This document shows positions 41,297 through 50,815 of a stretch of DNA of 64,000 nucleotides, piece by piece. The notes beneath the pieces are model-generated. The model worked only from the letters and a program-made list of their open reading frames with translations, searched no databases and was not told the origin of the DNA. Source of the stretch: Candidatus Binatia bacterium (GTDB lineage: Bacteria > Desulfobacterota > Binatia > Bin18); assembly GCA_963666315.2 (NCBI GenBank), contig CAXXHG010000014.1, forward strand, positions 32,001 through 96,000, given 5' to 3'. The position numbers were made by a program, and so were the translations under genes. Each line of letters begins with the position of its first letter. Within the stretch, counting starts at the first letter, position 1.

Positions 41297-43641
41297 GCCG
41301 TCAGTTCTACCACGGTTGCACCACTGCCGCCCTCATGCCGGGGCGCTTCATTAAAGGCCGCACAATACGGCGAATCCGATAAATACTCTCGCACTGCCCG
41401 TCTGAGGGCGCCTGTGCCCATGCCATGGACAATGCGAACGGCGGATTGGTTATTGAGAATAGCCTGGTCTAAGAAGGTTTCCAAACGTGGCAGGGCCTCA
41501 TGCACACGCAGGCCGAGCAAATTGATCTCAGGCCTGCCCGCCGCTTTTCGTTCCACCGCGACCTGAACAACCGGAGCCTCTTTTTTCTTAGCGGAGCGAC
41601 GGATCTGGGCCACAGGGACTTCAAATGTCGTCCCTCCGCGGCGAATCCGGGCTTTATTTCCATTCAGCGTCATCAAAATACCTTGGATTCTTCCTTTCCG
41701 GATCTCGACCTCGTCTCCAATTTGCGGCAGCGGCGCGTCAATAACCGGCTCGGTTCGAAACGTTCGCTCTCTCTCTTTGATGACCTGTTCTTGCTCATGC
41801 AGGAATTGCGAGAGTTCACTCCGCGCCCGGCCCGGCGAGGTATGCGGCTCACGCAGATTCTTACGCAGTTGCGCGATGGCCTCTCGGCCTTCTTCCCGCA
41901 GCCGACGAATCAGGAGTTTGGCTTCGCTCACCTCTTCCTGCCACACCTGACGACGTTTTTCCTCAGCTTCTGCGAGTAAGTCTTGCTGGCGGATACGCAG
42001 GGCGGCGGCCTGTTCACGTTCCGCACTGACCTGAGTCCGTTCATGCTCAAGTCTGACATAGGATTCTTCCAGCCGAGCGACGGCCTCGGAAAACTGGCGG
42101 GACTCAACGGATAGTGTGGCTTCAGCCGCCACACACACCTCTTCGGGTAAGCCCAGTCGGCGGGCTATGGGCAGGCCCAGACTTTGACCCATCACGTTGT
42201 ATTGCAACTGATACTGAGGCTTGAGTGTTTCCAGGTCCAAGGCTACGGCGGCAATCTGATAGCCGCCGTCTGCCATGGCGAAAAGCTTCACCGGACTCAG
42301 GTGTGTGGAAATAGCAAGGGAAACATGACGCTCTTTGAGAAAGGTCAGTAGTCCGCAGGCTAATGCTCCGCCTTCTGCCGGGTCTGTACCACCACCAGGC
42401 TCGTCGAACAGGACTAAGGCGGGTTCCGAAAGAGTAGCCAAGATGTCACTCACGTTCGCAATATAGGCCGAGAAGGTTGAGAGGCTGTGCTGCAAGGACT
42501 GAGCATCTCCGATATCAGCAAACACACTCCGAAAAATGGGGATTTCGTTTGCTTCATCTACCGGAATCAATAATCCCGTCTGAGCCATGAGACACATAAG
42601 CCCTAGGGTTTTGAGGGCGACCGTTTTTCCACCCGTATTCGGGCCGGTGATGATAAGGCCGCATTTGGCCTCCGGGAGGATGAGGTCTATGGGCACAACG
42701 GTCTTAGCCGCTGCCATGAGCAATGGGTGCTGAGCCGACTGCAGCCGGATCGTCGCACCAAAGTGCGGTTTGGCCGCTCCGTATTTCCGAGCAAAGGCGA
42801 CTTTTGCGTGCAACACGTCAATTTCAGTCAGCGTTGTAAAAGCCTGAGCCAGCGGGTCAAGCTCCTCACGCACCAAGTCGGTCAGCCACACGAAGAGCCG
42901 GTGCTCCTCGGCCGTAACCTCTTTTTGGGTGAGGAGTAAACGGTTGTTGAGTTCAACGGCAAACAGCGGCTCGATAAACACCGTCTCACCGGACCCGGAG
43001 CGGTCCTGCACAATGCCGGGCAGACGAGCCTGAAAATTCGGCCGGACGGGAATCACGAAACGATTATTCCGGATGGTGACATAGGTATCGGTCACAACAT
43101 CCTTGGCCTCGCTTGAGCGGAGCGTACGGTGCAGGCGCCGTTCGATCTCCTCGCCCACTGTTCGCACCTGACGGCGCAGCGAACGCAACGTCGGGCTTGC
43201 CGTATCTTTGAGTTTGCCGTTTTCGTCCAAGCAACGACGCAGTGCGGCCTCCAGGTCAGGAAAGGTCGGGAGGCGCACGGCGTATCCCTTGAGCAAATCC
43301 TTTTCTGCCACCTCTCGACGGAAGAACGCGGCAAGGGTTCGGGACAGCGTTACGACCTCAAGAATGTCGAGCAGCGGCTGTCCCTCCAGTGCCGCGCCGC
43401 CATGATCCGCCCATGCAAACGTCGGACGGATATCGGGAAAGGACTGTATGGGCAGGTGTAAACGTTCTTCGAGCAGACGGAAGCACTGCCACGTGCGCTC
43501 GCTGTCTTCTTTCACCACAGACTCGGCAATCTGCGGCCGTAAGTCTAAGCAGGCTTCATGTCCGGCAGCAGAAAGCGCGTAGTTGGCGAGCAACTGCAGC
43601 ACTTTGTCGAACTCTAGAGCGAGCAGGTCTCGTTCACGCAT
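41293..43641 (-). CDS. mutS2: Endonuclease MutS2
   Basis: LEFDKV, SGSGETVFIEP, TGPNTGGKT, SLSTFS, DEPGGGTDP and Smr domain (IVHGMGTGAL, GGSGAT). Confidence 0.95.
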   Translation of the reverse strand: MRERDLLALEFDKVLQLLANYALSAAGHEACLDLRPQIAESVVKEDSERTWQCFRLLEERLHLPIQSFPDIRPTFAWADHGGAALEGQPLLDILEVVTLSRTLAAFFRREVAEKDLLKGYAVRLPTFPDLEAALRRCLDENGKLKDTASPTLRSLRRQVRTVGEEIERRLHRTLRSSEAKDVVTDTYVTIRNNRFVIPVRPNFQARLPGIVQDRSGSGETVFIEPLFAVELNNRLLLTQKEVTAEEHRLFVWLTDLVREELDPLAQAFTTLTEIDVLHAKVAFARKYGAAKPHFGATIRLQSAQHPLLMAAAKTVVPIDLILPEAKCGLIITGPNTGGKTVALKTLGLMCLMAQTGLLIPVDEANEIPIFRSVFADIGDAQSLQHSLSTFSAYIANVSDILATLSEPALVLFDEPGGGTDPAEGGALACGLLTFLKERHVSLAISTHLSPVKLFAMADGGYQIAAVALDLETLKPQYQLQYNVMGQSLGLPIARRLGLPEEVCVAAEATLSVESRQFSEAVARLEESYVRLEHERTQVSAEREQAAALRIRQQDLLAEAEEKRRQVWQEEVSEAKLLIRRLREEGREAIAQLRKNLREPHTSPGRARSELSQFLHEQEQVIKERERTFRTEPVIDAPLPQIGDEVEIRKGRIQGILMTLNGNKARIRRGGTTFEVPVAQIRRSAKKKEAPVVQVAVERKAAGRPEINLLGLRVHEALPRLETFLDQAILNNQSAVRIVHGMGTGALRRAVREYLSDSPYCAAFNEAPRHEGGSGATVVELTA

Positions 43642-43767
43642 AGAACTTATAGTGGCACATCCGAAAGGTGCATATTTTTATAAAATATAAAATCACACTA
43701 CGAACTCATACTTGCAGCCGCTAGCGCCCTATGCTAGCGAGGCAGAAGCATATCAAAAGGAGGACGT

Positions 43768-44154
43768 ATGAGCGCCGAACATGAACAATTCGTGACTGAA
43801 TTTTGCCACTCATTGACCAGTGGAGATATGAGCAAGGTGGTGTCCTATCTGTCAGAAGATGTTTTTTATCATAACATGCCCTGGGCTCCGGTGACTGGTC
43901 ATGCGGGAGTCCATGAAGTACTTGATCCTTTCGTCAACGCGAACTTGCTGGAAAAAATGGAAATCAAACATACGGCCTCGTCGGGCGATGTCGTCACAAA
44001 CGAACGACTCGAAGCCTGGATCAAGGGCGATGTCCGCGTTCTACTCCCTGTCCTTGGCGTATTCACTATCACCGACGGCAAAATAACCAAATGGTGCGAC
44101 TATTTTGATAGCGCCACCATTGCACCATTGATGGAAACCATTCAGCAGTCCTAG
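43768..44154 (+). CDS. Limonene-1,2-epoxide hydrolase family protein
   Basis: YHNMP, TNERL, PVLGVF and WCDYFD. Confidence 0.85.
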   Translation: MSAEHEQFVTEFCHSLTSGDMSKVVSYLSEDVFYHNMPWAPVTGHAGVHEVLDPFVNANLLEKMEIKHTASSGDVVTNERLEAWIKGDVRVLLPVLGVFTITDGKITKWCDYFDSATIAPLMETIQQS

Positions 44155-44182
44155 GGAAAATATTGCTTCACTGCGGCGGCGG

Positions 44183-44200
44183 TCACGGTACAAACGATAC
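44183..44200. repeat. att core, left copy
   Basis: Duplicates the last codons (VSFVP-stop) of gene 62113-63312. Confidence 0.9.
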
Positions 44201-44375
44201 AAACCGTGTCATTACTACCGAGCGATACAGTCTGTGATAGAGGCTGATACAGTGCGCTAAACCTAGGCGAAAGGCATTCCTCCTTCATGTCTGTATCTCT
44301 CGGTGACACACGATAGCACCAAGTCCCACACGCGAATAGCTACCATTTGTATCGCCAGTTGATTGAACAACATTC

Positions 44376-44427
44376 CTCTCCATTCCCCCCGAATCCCTGT
44401 GAAAGTCCCGCGAATTTTCACAACAGG
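44376..44427. repeat. 52-bp copy of the left-end motif of the 26632-27901 element
   Basis: 49/52 identical to 26730-26781. Confidence 0.92.
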
Positions 44428-44840
44428 CGCGAGAGTGAAGGAATCAGGGATTGACTGTAGCTAGGAACACTTATCACTCTTGTCTTTCCATCTCGGCGAG
44501 ACCGATATCAATGTCAAGAAGCCGCATGCGACGTTTATGCACTGCTACACGGTCAAGAAAAAATACTCACCCGGCCGTGCGAAGCAAGTGTTCTCGCTGC
44601 GGAACATGGCCAGTGGTCGCCGCTAATCCCCAAAACGTAGGGGAAGGTGGTGACGCAGCAGTGGGAGACAAAGGCTATTAATCTCCGCGCCGATGGAAGC
44701 CGGAACTTCTAGGTAGAAGAGTATGACCTGGCTACGTGGTCCAAAACGGGGACAGTTTACGCCTCGGACTAGCGCCAACGAAGAAAAGGAAAAAGGAGCG
44801 CATCATGGCGGACGGACGGCCACCATGGCGTCTTCAGCGG

Positions 44841-46345
44841 TCACATGTTTTTGTTGTGGAGAAAGAGCCAATCAATAACCAGGGACGGGAATCGCGCGTT
44901 TAAAACGGGAGAGTGAGTCGCCCCGCGCATTCGCCAAAGCGCGAAGGTTGTAGCTTCAACACATCCATCAGAAAACACTGTGACAGTGGTCTCGCCACCT
45001 TCTATAGTCGCTACTAGATCCAATGCGGCGCCGGGTTTGCTCGCCGTCAAGTCACATTCCGCGATTGTTGCCCAGCGCGAGACAGTTTCGAATGCACCCG
45101 GGTAAGTGGAGAAGCCGATAGATCCTCCGCCGAAGCGTATGGTGGTATCTGCGTCGCCGTGTATGTGCAACACGCTAACGGGTGTAACTGCCGCGCACGA
45201 TATTTCCCGTTCATAGGTTGTTCCCGCGACAGACACGATGGCTGCAATATCCGCCGGGCGCTCGCAGGCCAGCGTATGGGCCATGAAAGCACCATTGGAG
45301 TAACCCACCAGGTAGACTCGGCCCGCATCGACGTTATATGCCTCCTTGGCGAAAGCGATGAGACTCCCCAGGTAGGCGACATCGTCCACTGCACTGCCGT
45401 AAAAGTTGCAGCAGCCACCGGGTATAGCGTTCCAGAAGCGATACTCGTTCGCAGAGTTCTCGGGTGTCCCATTAGGGAGCATCAGAACAAAGCGACGAGC
45501 ATCAACAATGTCGGATAGTCTGAAGTATTGATCCTGCCACTTCCCATTCATCGTATATCCGTGGAGCAAGATGACGAGAGGCAACTGTTCGTCGATTCGA
45601 ATCCCGGCGGGCAGTTGGACCAAGGCAAGCCGCTCGCCGTCAGAGAGATACGCCCGGTTCTTTATGGACGATACTGTAAACGCCTGCAGTGCAGTATCCC
45701 ATTTAAGACGGATCTCCACATCCGTGCCGTCCACGCGGACACCATCAATGACCACTTCGTCATTGTCCATGCGCGTCGTCGCCTCTGACATATCAACACC
45801 TGGAATAAATTCTAGATCCCCGAGTTTGGCCACCACGATGTCCCTGTCGGTGGAGCGCATCACTTCGCCATTTTTTGTCGTCACCTGGTCGTCACCTGAA
45901 TGGAGACTGTATGTCGTCCCTCGGTCAAAATTCCCCAGTTTATTTTGGTGCTGAAGCCACTACCAGCAGCTTGTTCATTTTCGGGATACGCTGTTGCTAC
46001 ATCTAGTCGTTCGGAGCAGCATGGGACGGTCCCTGCCTCGACCCCATCAATGGAGAAAGTGACCCTGGCCACGGGGTCAGACGCATCCGTTGAAAACGCC
46101 CATCCATCAATCTGGCCGATTCCCGAAACTACGCCACCAGCAGGATTTTCCAAACTAGCCACAACCTGTGCCTGCGCAATACCTCTGGCTAAACAAAGGA
46201 TCAAATATATAACACAGCAAACAGCGAGCGCTCGAACGGACCCGGAAGTCTTAGCCTTCATCAGGGAACACGCTGACGTTTTACCGAGCGGTGCCTCAGG
46301 AGTGGGTTCCGCGTCGCCCACGTGGACTTTCTTCCATGCTTTCAT
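44841..46345 (-). pseudogene. Secreted Ig-like domain plus PHB-depolymerase/LpqC-type esterase, frameshifted by an 11-bp duplication
   Basis: Signal peptide, LLHGY, GYSNG, IHGDAD and GATH; GTCGTCACCTG is doubled at 45877-45898. Confidence 0.8.
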
Positions 46346-46371
46346 ACCCGGAAATATACTGGACTCTACGT

Positions 46372-46553
46372 GGTATTGTCAAGTTATGGCAGGGAGAGCA
46401 AAAAGTTGCACTCGAAGTGGGAGGAATAGATCCCCCAGAAGTGCTTTTTCTGTCCGCGGTGGGATGTACAGCCTCTGCACAGCCAATAACACGCCACGAA
46501 TCTGGCATCAGGTGGGAGAGTCGAAAATGCTTGTTCTATAACTTGACAGTACC
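46372..46553. mobile_element. 182-bp MITE with IS6-type ends
   Basis: GGTATTGTCAAGTTAT ... ATAACTTGACAGTACC; right end identical to 57808-57823; no transposase. Confidence 0.85.
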
Positions 46554-47193
46554 CGCGCGCGGCCTCCGTGCACTCGTCCTGCTAATCAACGGCCCCCTTA
46601 CACTTTCGGGCGTGCCAACGCACGACTTCCCAATGTTTGTCATTCCTCCAAGGATGATAATAGACCCGGTTCCATCAAGACCGAGACGGTCCATGCTATT
46701 CACTTTGAAAATGCTTAGTCGCAGTAGACAATCTCATTGCTAGCCTGATTGAGAACGCCGGCAACCCCAAAAAGGGCAGTAGGTTCGCATCGGAGTCGCC
46801 CAAACGGGCCGTTCCGTTTTTCAGCTCTTGCGCGCAAGTGATTACAACGCCGGTGTCTAAAATTTCAACATGGCTTTACCCCCGAGGGTCCTCCTGGACA
46901 GCTTCACCAGCTCGTATGGACTGACCGCCATATTCAGCCTGTGCGGCACGATCCCGGCTTGGCCCATACTAAGGCCCTCGCTGGATCGGTGTTTGTTCAT
47001 CTGCCCAGCAGCGCGTAAGCCGTGCCGGCATGGGGGAGGAAAATTGTCTTGTCCCGTTTCATTGAGCGAGTGAGTCCTGGCCCCACCAAGAAAGGGGACA
47101 GTAATGTGACGGGTGGGTCGGAGCGATTATCCGGGAGGCGAAGTTGACAATGGCCGCGTTGGTGGACCACGCCACTGGAGATTGATCGTAAGC

Positions 47194-47781
47194 TTACCCA
47201 ACCCGTTCCTCACCGGCGGTTGCAGCGATGCTACTGAGCACTTTCCGCCCCTCACGCAGCAGCGCATCGAAACGGGCCTCCAACGCTGGGCTACTGCCCC
47301 TGCATCCGGCCACAACTTGACCCGCCCAACGCAAATATTCCCGCCGCCGGTCGAGTGACCATTTAACAGGTGGATGCTTGATGACGTCGTCGATATTGCA
47401 AATTTTGTCCGCGAGTTTGATCGATTTTGCTTCGCGTGAGAGCTTTGGCGCGTGTTCGATCTGCGATTTTTTGCGCTCGTCTTTTGGCAGATCCTTGTCG
47501 TCGCTGACCTCCTCAACGAGCTTGCACACGGCGAGGCCGAAGGCGTCTTCCAGTTCCTCTAGCGTCGTCCCCGTATCTTCAACCGTATCGTGGAGAAGCG
47601 CCGCACTTAAAATGTCAATGTCCGTCACCCCCCCTACTTCGCTAAGCGTTTCGGCCACGGCCAAGGGGTGATTAATATAGGGGGTGGCGTCCGCCCCCTT
47701 GCGGCGTTGATCCCGATGTTTCTTGGCGGCGAAACTTGCGGCGGCCAACAAGCGCGCGGAGTCTGAACCGTGTTCTGGCAT
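47194..47781 (-). CDS. HD-domain small alarmone hydrolase (Mesh1/SpoT-like)
   Basis: HRDQRRK, PYINHP, AALLHDTVEDT and IKLADKICN. Confidence 0.9.
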   Translation of the reverse strand: MPEHGSDSARLLAAASFAAKKHRDQRRKGADATPYINHPLAVAETLSEVGGVTDIDILSAALLHDTVEDTGTTLEELEDAFGLAVCKLVEEVSDDKDLPKDERKKSQIEHAPKLSREAKSIKLADKICNIDDVIKHPPVKWSLDRRREYLRWAGQVVAGCRGSSPALEARFDALLREGRKVLSSIAATAGEERVG

Positions 47782-47873
47782 GGGTAGCTCCTACTGTAAC
47801 TATTCTTGAAAGGGAGTAGCGGAGGGAGACACCCTTAATTTAAGACTGCTACGCGGAGAGTCAACAAAAGCGA

Positions 47874-47903
47874 CGCAGGGCGCACCTATGTGTGCGCCCT
47901 GCG
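47874..47903. repeat. Perfect 12-bp hairpin, REP-like
   Basis: CGCAGGGCGCAC-CTATGT-GTGCGCCCTGCG in a divergent intergenic region. Confidence 0.65.
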
Positions 47904-47950
47904 GGATGAGTAGACATATTGGTTTGTCCCTACAACGAGAAGGAGGAATT

Positions 47951-48427
47951 ATGCCAAGCGGACAAGACGGTATGAGCACGAGTATTGCTCGGTTTGAGGA
48001 TCTCAAGCCGATTGACTACGCGAGCTTTATCAAGAACTACGAACCTGACGGGATGCGGGGCTACGCATTGATCGGGAGGGCGGGCAAGACTGTTCCTGCT
48101 ATCGCAGGAAACCATGGTTTTACCATGGTGATTAACAAGGTAAGCCCGGGCAAGGGAGCCCCGCTGCATAGCCACCCCAAACCAGAAGTCTTCGTGGTGC
48201 TGTCTGGAAAATGCGCTTTCTTCTGGGGAGACGACGGCAAGAACGAGGTCGTGCTGGAACAATGGGATACGATTTCCTTTCCAGCTGGAACACCAGAAGG
48301 CTTTCGGAATATTGGGGCTGAGGAGACGAATCTCTTAGTCATTTTGAGTGGTTCGGCAGTGGGCGAGGTGACGTTCACGAAACAGCGAGATGAGGCGGAA
48401 GCGGCAGGGGTAGAGGCAGAGCGATAA
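47951..48427 (+). CDS. Cupin domain protein
   Basis: GAPLHSHPKPEVFVVLSG and DTISFPAG; AGGAGG RBS. Confidence 0.88.
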   Translation: MPSGQDGMSTSIARFEDLKPIDYASFIKNYEPDGMRGYALIGRAGKTVPAIAGNHGFTMVINKVSPGKGAPLHSHPKPEVFVVLSGKCAFFWGDDGKNEVVLEQWDTISFPAGTPEGFRNIGAEETNLLVILSGSAVGEVTFTKQRDEAEAAGVEAER

Positions 48428-48461
48428 TCAAAGCACGGGAGGGGTGAAAGGAGGACTTTGT

Positions 48462-49370
48462 ATGGCAACATTTTCTGTTGATCAGGTTGAGATTTTTGGC
48501 AAAGGCGTACTGCAAGCCGAGGGTGTGGTGGTTGATAAGGAGGGCAACGTTTTTGGCGGTGGGCGTAACGGCATCATGTATAAGGTCACACAAGATGGCA
48601 CTGTGAGTGAGCTGGTCACACTTCCCGAGGGGTCTATTCCGAATGGCGTTACGATGGACCGGAATGGCGATCTGGTGTACTGCGACCTGGGCAAGCAGGC
48701 GATGATGCGCGTCACCCAGAGTGGCGAAGTGTCGCTGATTGCGGATCAGGTTGGCTCGCTGAAACTGACACTGCCGAACTTTGCCAGCTACGATGCTGAG
48801 GGCAATTTATACATCTCGAATTCGAGTACGTCGACTATTGAGAACGTACTCGCCGAATTGGCTACGCCCTCGGCCAAAGGGGCGCTCGTCGTCATCCGTC
48901 CGAACGGCAAGAGCGAAATTGTGGCCGAGGGCATTTATCTGGCTAACGGCACAGCTATCGATCCCAAAGAAGACGCGGTCTACGTGCTGGAAAGCACCCG
49001 GAATGACTGTCTGCGTATCCAGATCAATAAGGATGGTACGTTTGGCAAGCCTGAGATCTACTCCAAAGATTTTCCGTCTTTGCCGGATGGAATGGCCTTT
49101 GATGTGGACGGCAATATGTATGTGACTCTGCCGGCGGTGGTGAAGGGTGGAGAAATGGTCCCGGCCCATCAAGTCATCGCCGTTGACACCAACGGCAATT
49201 GGCGCATGCTTATTGATGATTCTGCCGAAGGCAAGAAGCTGAACTTTCCGACCAACTGTGCCTTTGGTGGGCCGGACTTGCAGACACTGTACATCGCCAA
49301 TCTCGAAGGCGATCACTTCAGTTGTCTCAAGACTCCCTACAAAGGCCATCCGCTGTACCATCAGCGCTAA
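48462..49370 (+). CDS. SMP-30/gluconolactonase family protein
   Basis: AEG, PNG, ANG, PDGMAFD and PTNCAFGG. Confidence 0.92.
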   Translation: MATFSVDQVEIFGKGVLQAEGVVVDKEGNVFGGGRNGIMYKVTQDGTVSELVTLPEGSIPNGVTMDRNGDLVYCDLGKQAMMRVTQSGEVSLIADQVGSLKLTLPNFASYDAEGNLYISNSSTSTIENVLAELATPSAKGALVVIRPNGKSEIVAEGIYLANGTAIDPKEDAVYVLESTRNDCLRIQINKDGTFGKPEIYSKDFPSLPDGMAFDVDGNMYVTLPAVVKGGEMVPAHQVIAVDTNGNWRMLIDDSAEGKKLNFPTNCAFGGPDLQTLYIANLEGDHFSCLKTPYKGHPLYHQR

Positions 49371-49386
49371 TAGAGGGAGGCGGCCT

Positions 49387-50352
49387 ATGAAGGCAATGCG
49401 AGCGCATCAACCCGGAGGACCAGAGCAGCTCCGGTATGAAGATGCCCCCGACCCTGAGTTGGGAGCCGGACAGGTCCTCATTCGGGTCCAGGCTATTGGC
49501 ATTAATCCTGCCGATTTGGTGCGGCTGTCCGGCAAACTTGCACCGCTGAAACTCCCCTATATCACTGGCACGGATGTATGTGGTGAGGTCGAAGCCGTGA
49601 GTCCAGGCGCCACTCAGGTCAAGGTAGGCGACCGCGTATTTGGCCGCGCGATTAGCGCCGGCTATGCGGAAAAGACGTGTCTGCTCGCCCGCGAGGCAAT
49701 ACCCCTACCCTCCGCACTCTCTTTTGCTGAGGGGGCGGCGATTCCGATACCGTTTTATACGGCCTACTATGCCTTGCATCACAAAGCAGGACTGCAGGCG
49801 GAAGAAACGGTCCTGATTTCTGCCGGCGGCGGTGGCGTTGGCGTTGCAGCCATCCAGCTTGCCAAAGCCGCAGGAGCTCGGGTGATCACCACGGTCGGGT
49901 CACAGGAAAAAGTGGAACGGACACGCGAGCTGGGTGCTGACGTGGCGCTGAATTACAAACAGCAAGATTTTGCGGCAGAGGTTCTCAAGCTCACCGATGG
50001 CAAAGGGGTGGATGTCATCATTGAAAACGTCGCTTCAGATAACTTGGCTGCCGACTGCTCAGCCATTGCCAAGTCCGGCCGCATTGTCTTGATTGGTACG
50101 GGCACCGGCAAGGCTCCAGACGCTACGTTTGGCGTGTTGCCCGCGCTCATCAAAGATATCACCTTCTATGGCATGAGCCTTATTAATGCTGACCAGGTCA
50201 TCCCAGAGATGGCGGGTACGCTCACCCCGCTGTTTGCCGAGGGGAAGCTCAAAGCGCCGGTGAGCAAGACGTATCCGTTGTCTGAGGCCGCCCAGGCTCT
50301 GAATGACCTGCTTGCGAGTAAAGTTTTTGGCAAGCTGGTTCTGACACCATAA
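49387..50352 (+). CDS. NADPH:quinone reductase (MDR family)
   Basis: GINPAD, GTDVCG, SAGGGGVG and GKLVL. Confidence 0.9.
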   Translation: MKAMRAHQPGGPEQLRYEDAPDPELGAGQVLIRVQAIGINPADLVRLSGKLAPLKLPYITGTDVCGEVEAVSPGATQVKVGDRVFGRAISAGYAEKTCLLAREAIPLPSALSFAEGAAIPIPFYTAYYALHHKAGLQAEETVLISAGGGGVGVAAIQLAKAAGARVITTVGSQEKVERTRELGADVALNYKQQDFAAEVLKLTDGKGVDVIIENVASDNLAADCSAIAKSGRIVLIGTGTGKAPDATFGVLPALIKDITFYGMSLINADQVIPEMAGTLTPLFAEGKLKAPVSKTYPLSEAAQALNDLLASKVFGKLVLTP

Positions 50353-50384
50353 AAAGTCCACTCAGCAAGGAGGAAAGGAAGACT

Positions 50385-50795
50385 ATGGCAATCACACTAG
50401 CGCTCGCGGAACAGTTTATTACTGCAGCCAAAGAAAAGGCTCAGGAAAAAGGCTGGGATATGAGTTTTGCTGTGACTGATTCCGCCGGAAACTTGGTGGC
50501 ACTGGCCCGCATGGATAATGCTCGCTGGCTGACGACTGGCGTTGCCCAGAGCAAGGCGTTTACCGCTGCGACTTTCCGTCGGACCTCACGCGAGGTTGCC
50601 GAACTGGCGGAATCACGCTCGCAGTTGTTTAGCAGCGTTGCAGACATCATCGGACGGCCGTTGCTGTTGGCCGGAGGCGGTTTACCGCTGGCCGTCCATG
50701 GCGAGTTTCTTGGTGGCGTGGGTGCCAGCGGCGGGACGGAGGATGAAGATATTGAATGCGCCCGTGCGGCGCTTGACGCAATCGGAGCTGAGTAA
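50385..50795 (+). CDS. GlcG/HbpS (DUF336) heme-binding protein
   Basis: VTDSAGNLVALARMD, KAFTA, GGLP and GVGASGG. Confidence 0.9.
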   Translation: MAITLALAEQFITAAKEKAQEKGWDMSFAVTDSAGNLVALARMDNARWLTTGVAQSKAFTAATFRRTSREVAELAESRSQLFSSVADIIGRPLLLAGGGLPLAVHGEFLGGVGASGGTEDEDIECARAALDAIGAE

Positions 50796-50815
50796 GTAGC
50801 CCGACCGCAATCTGA

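Noticed and set aside
46741-46860. Riboswitch upstream of the MITE
   Set aside because: No match to any riboswitch consensus I can recognise.
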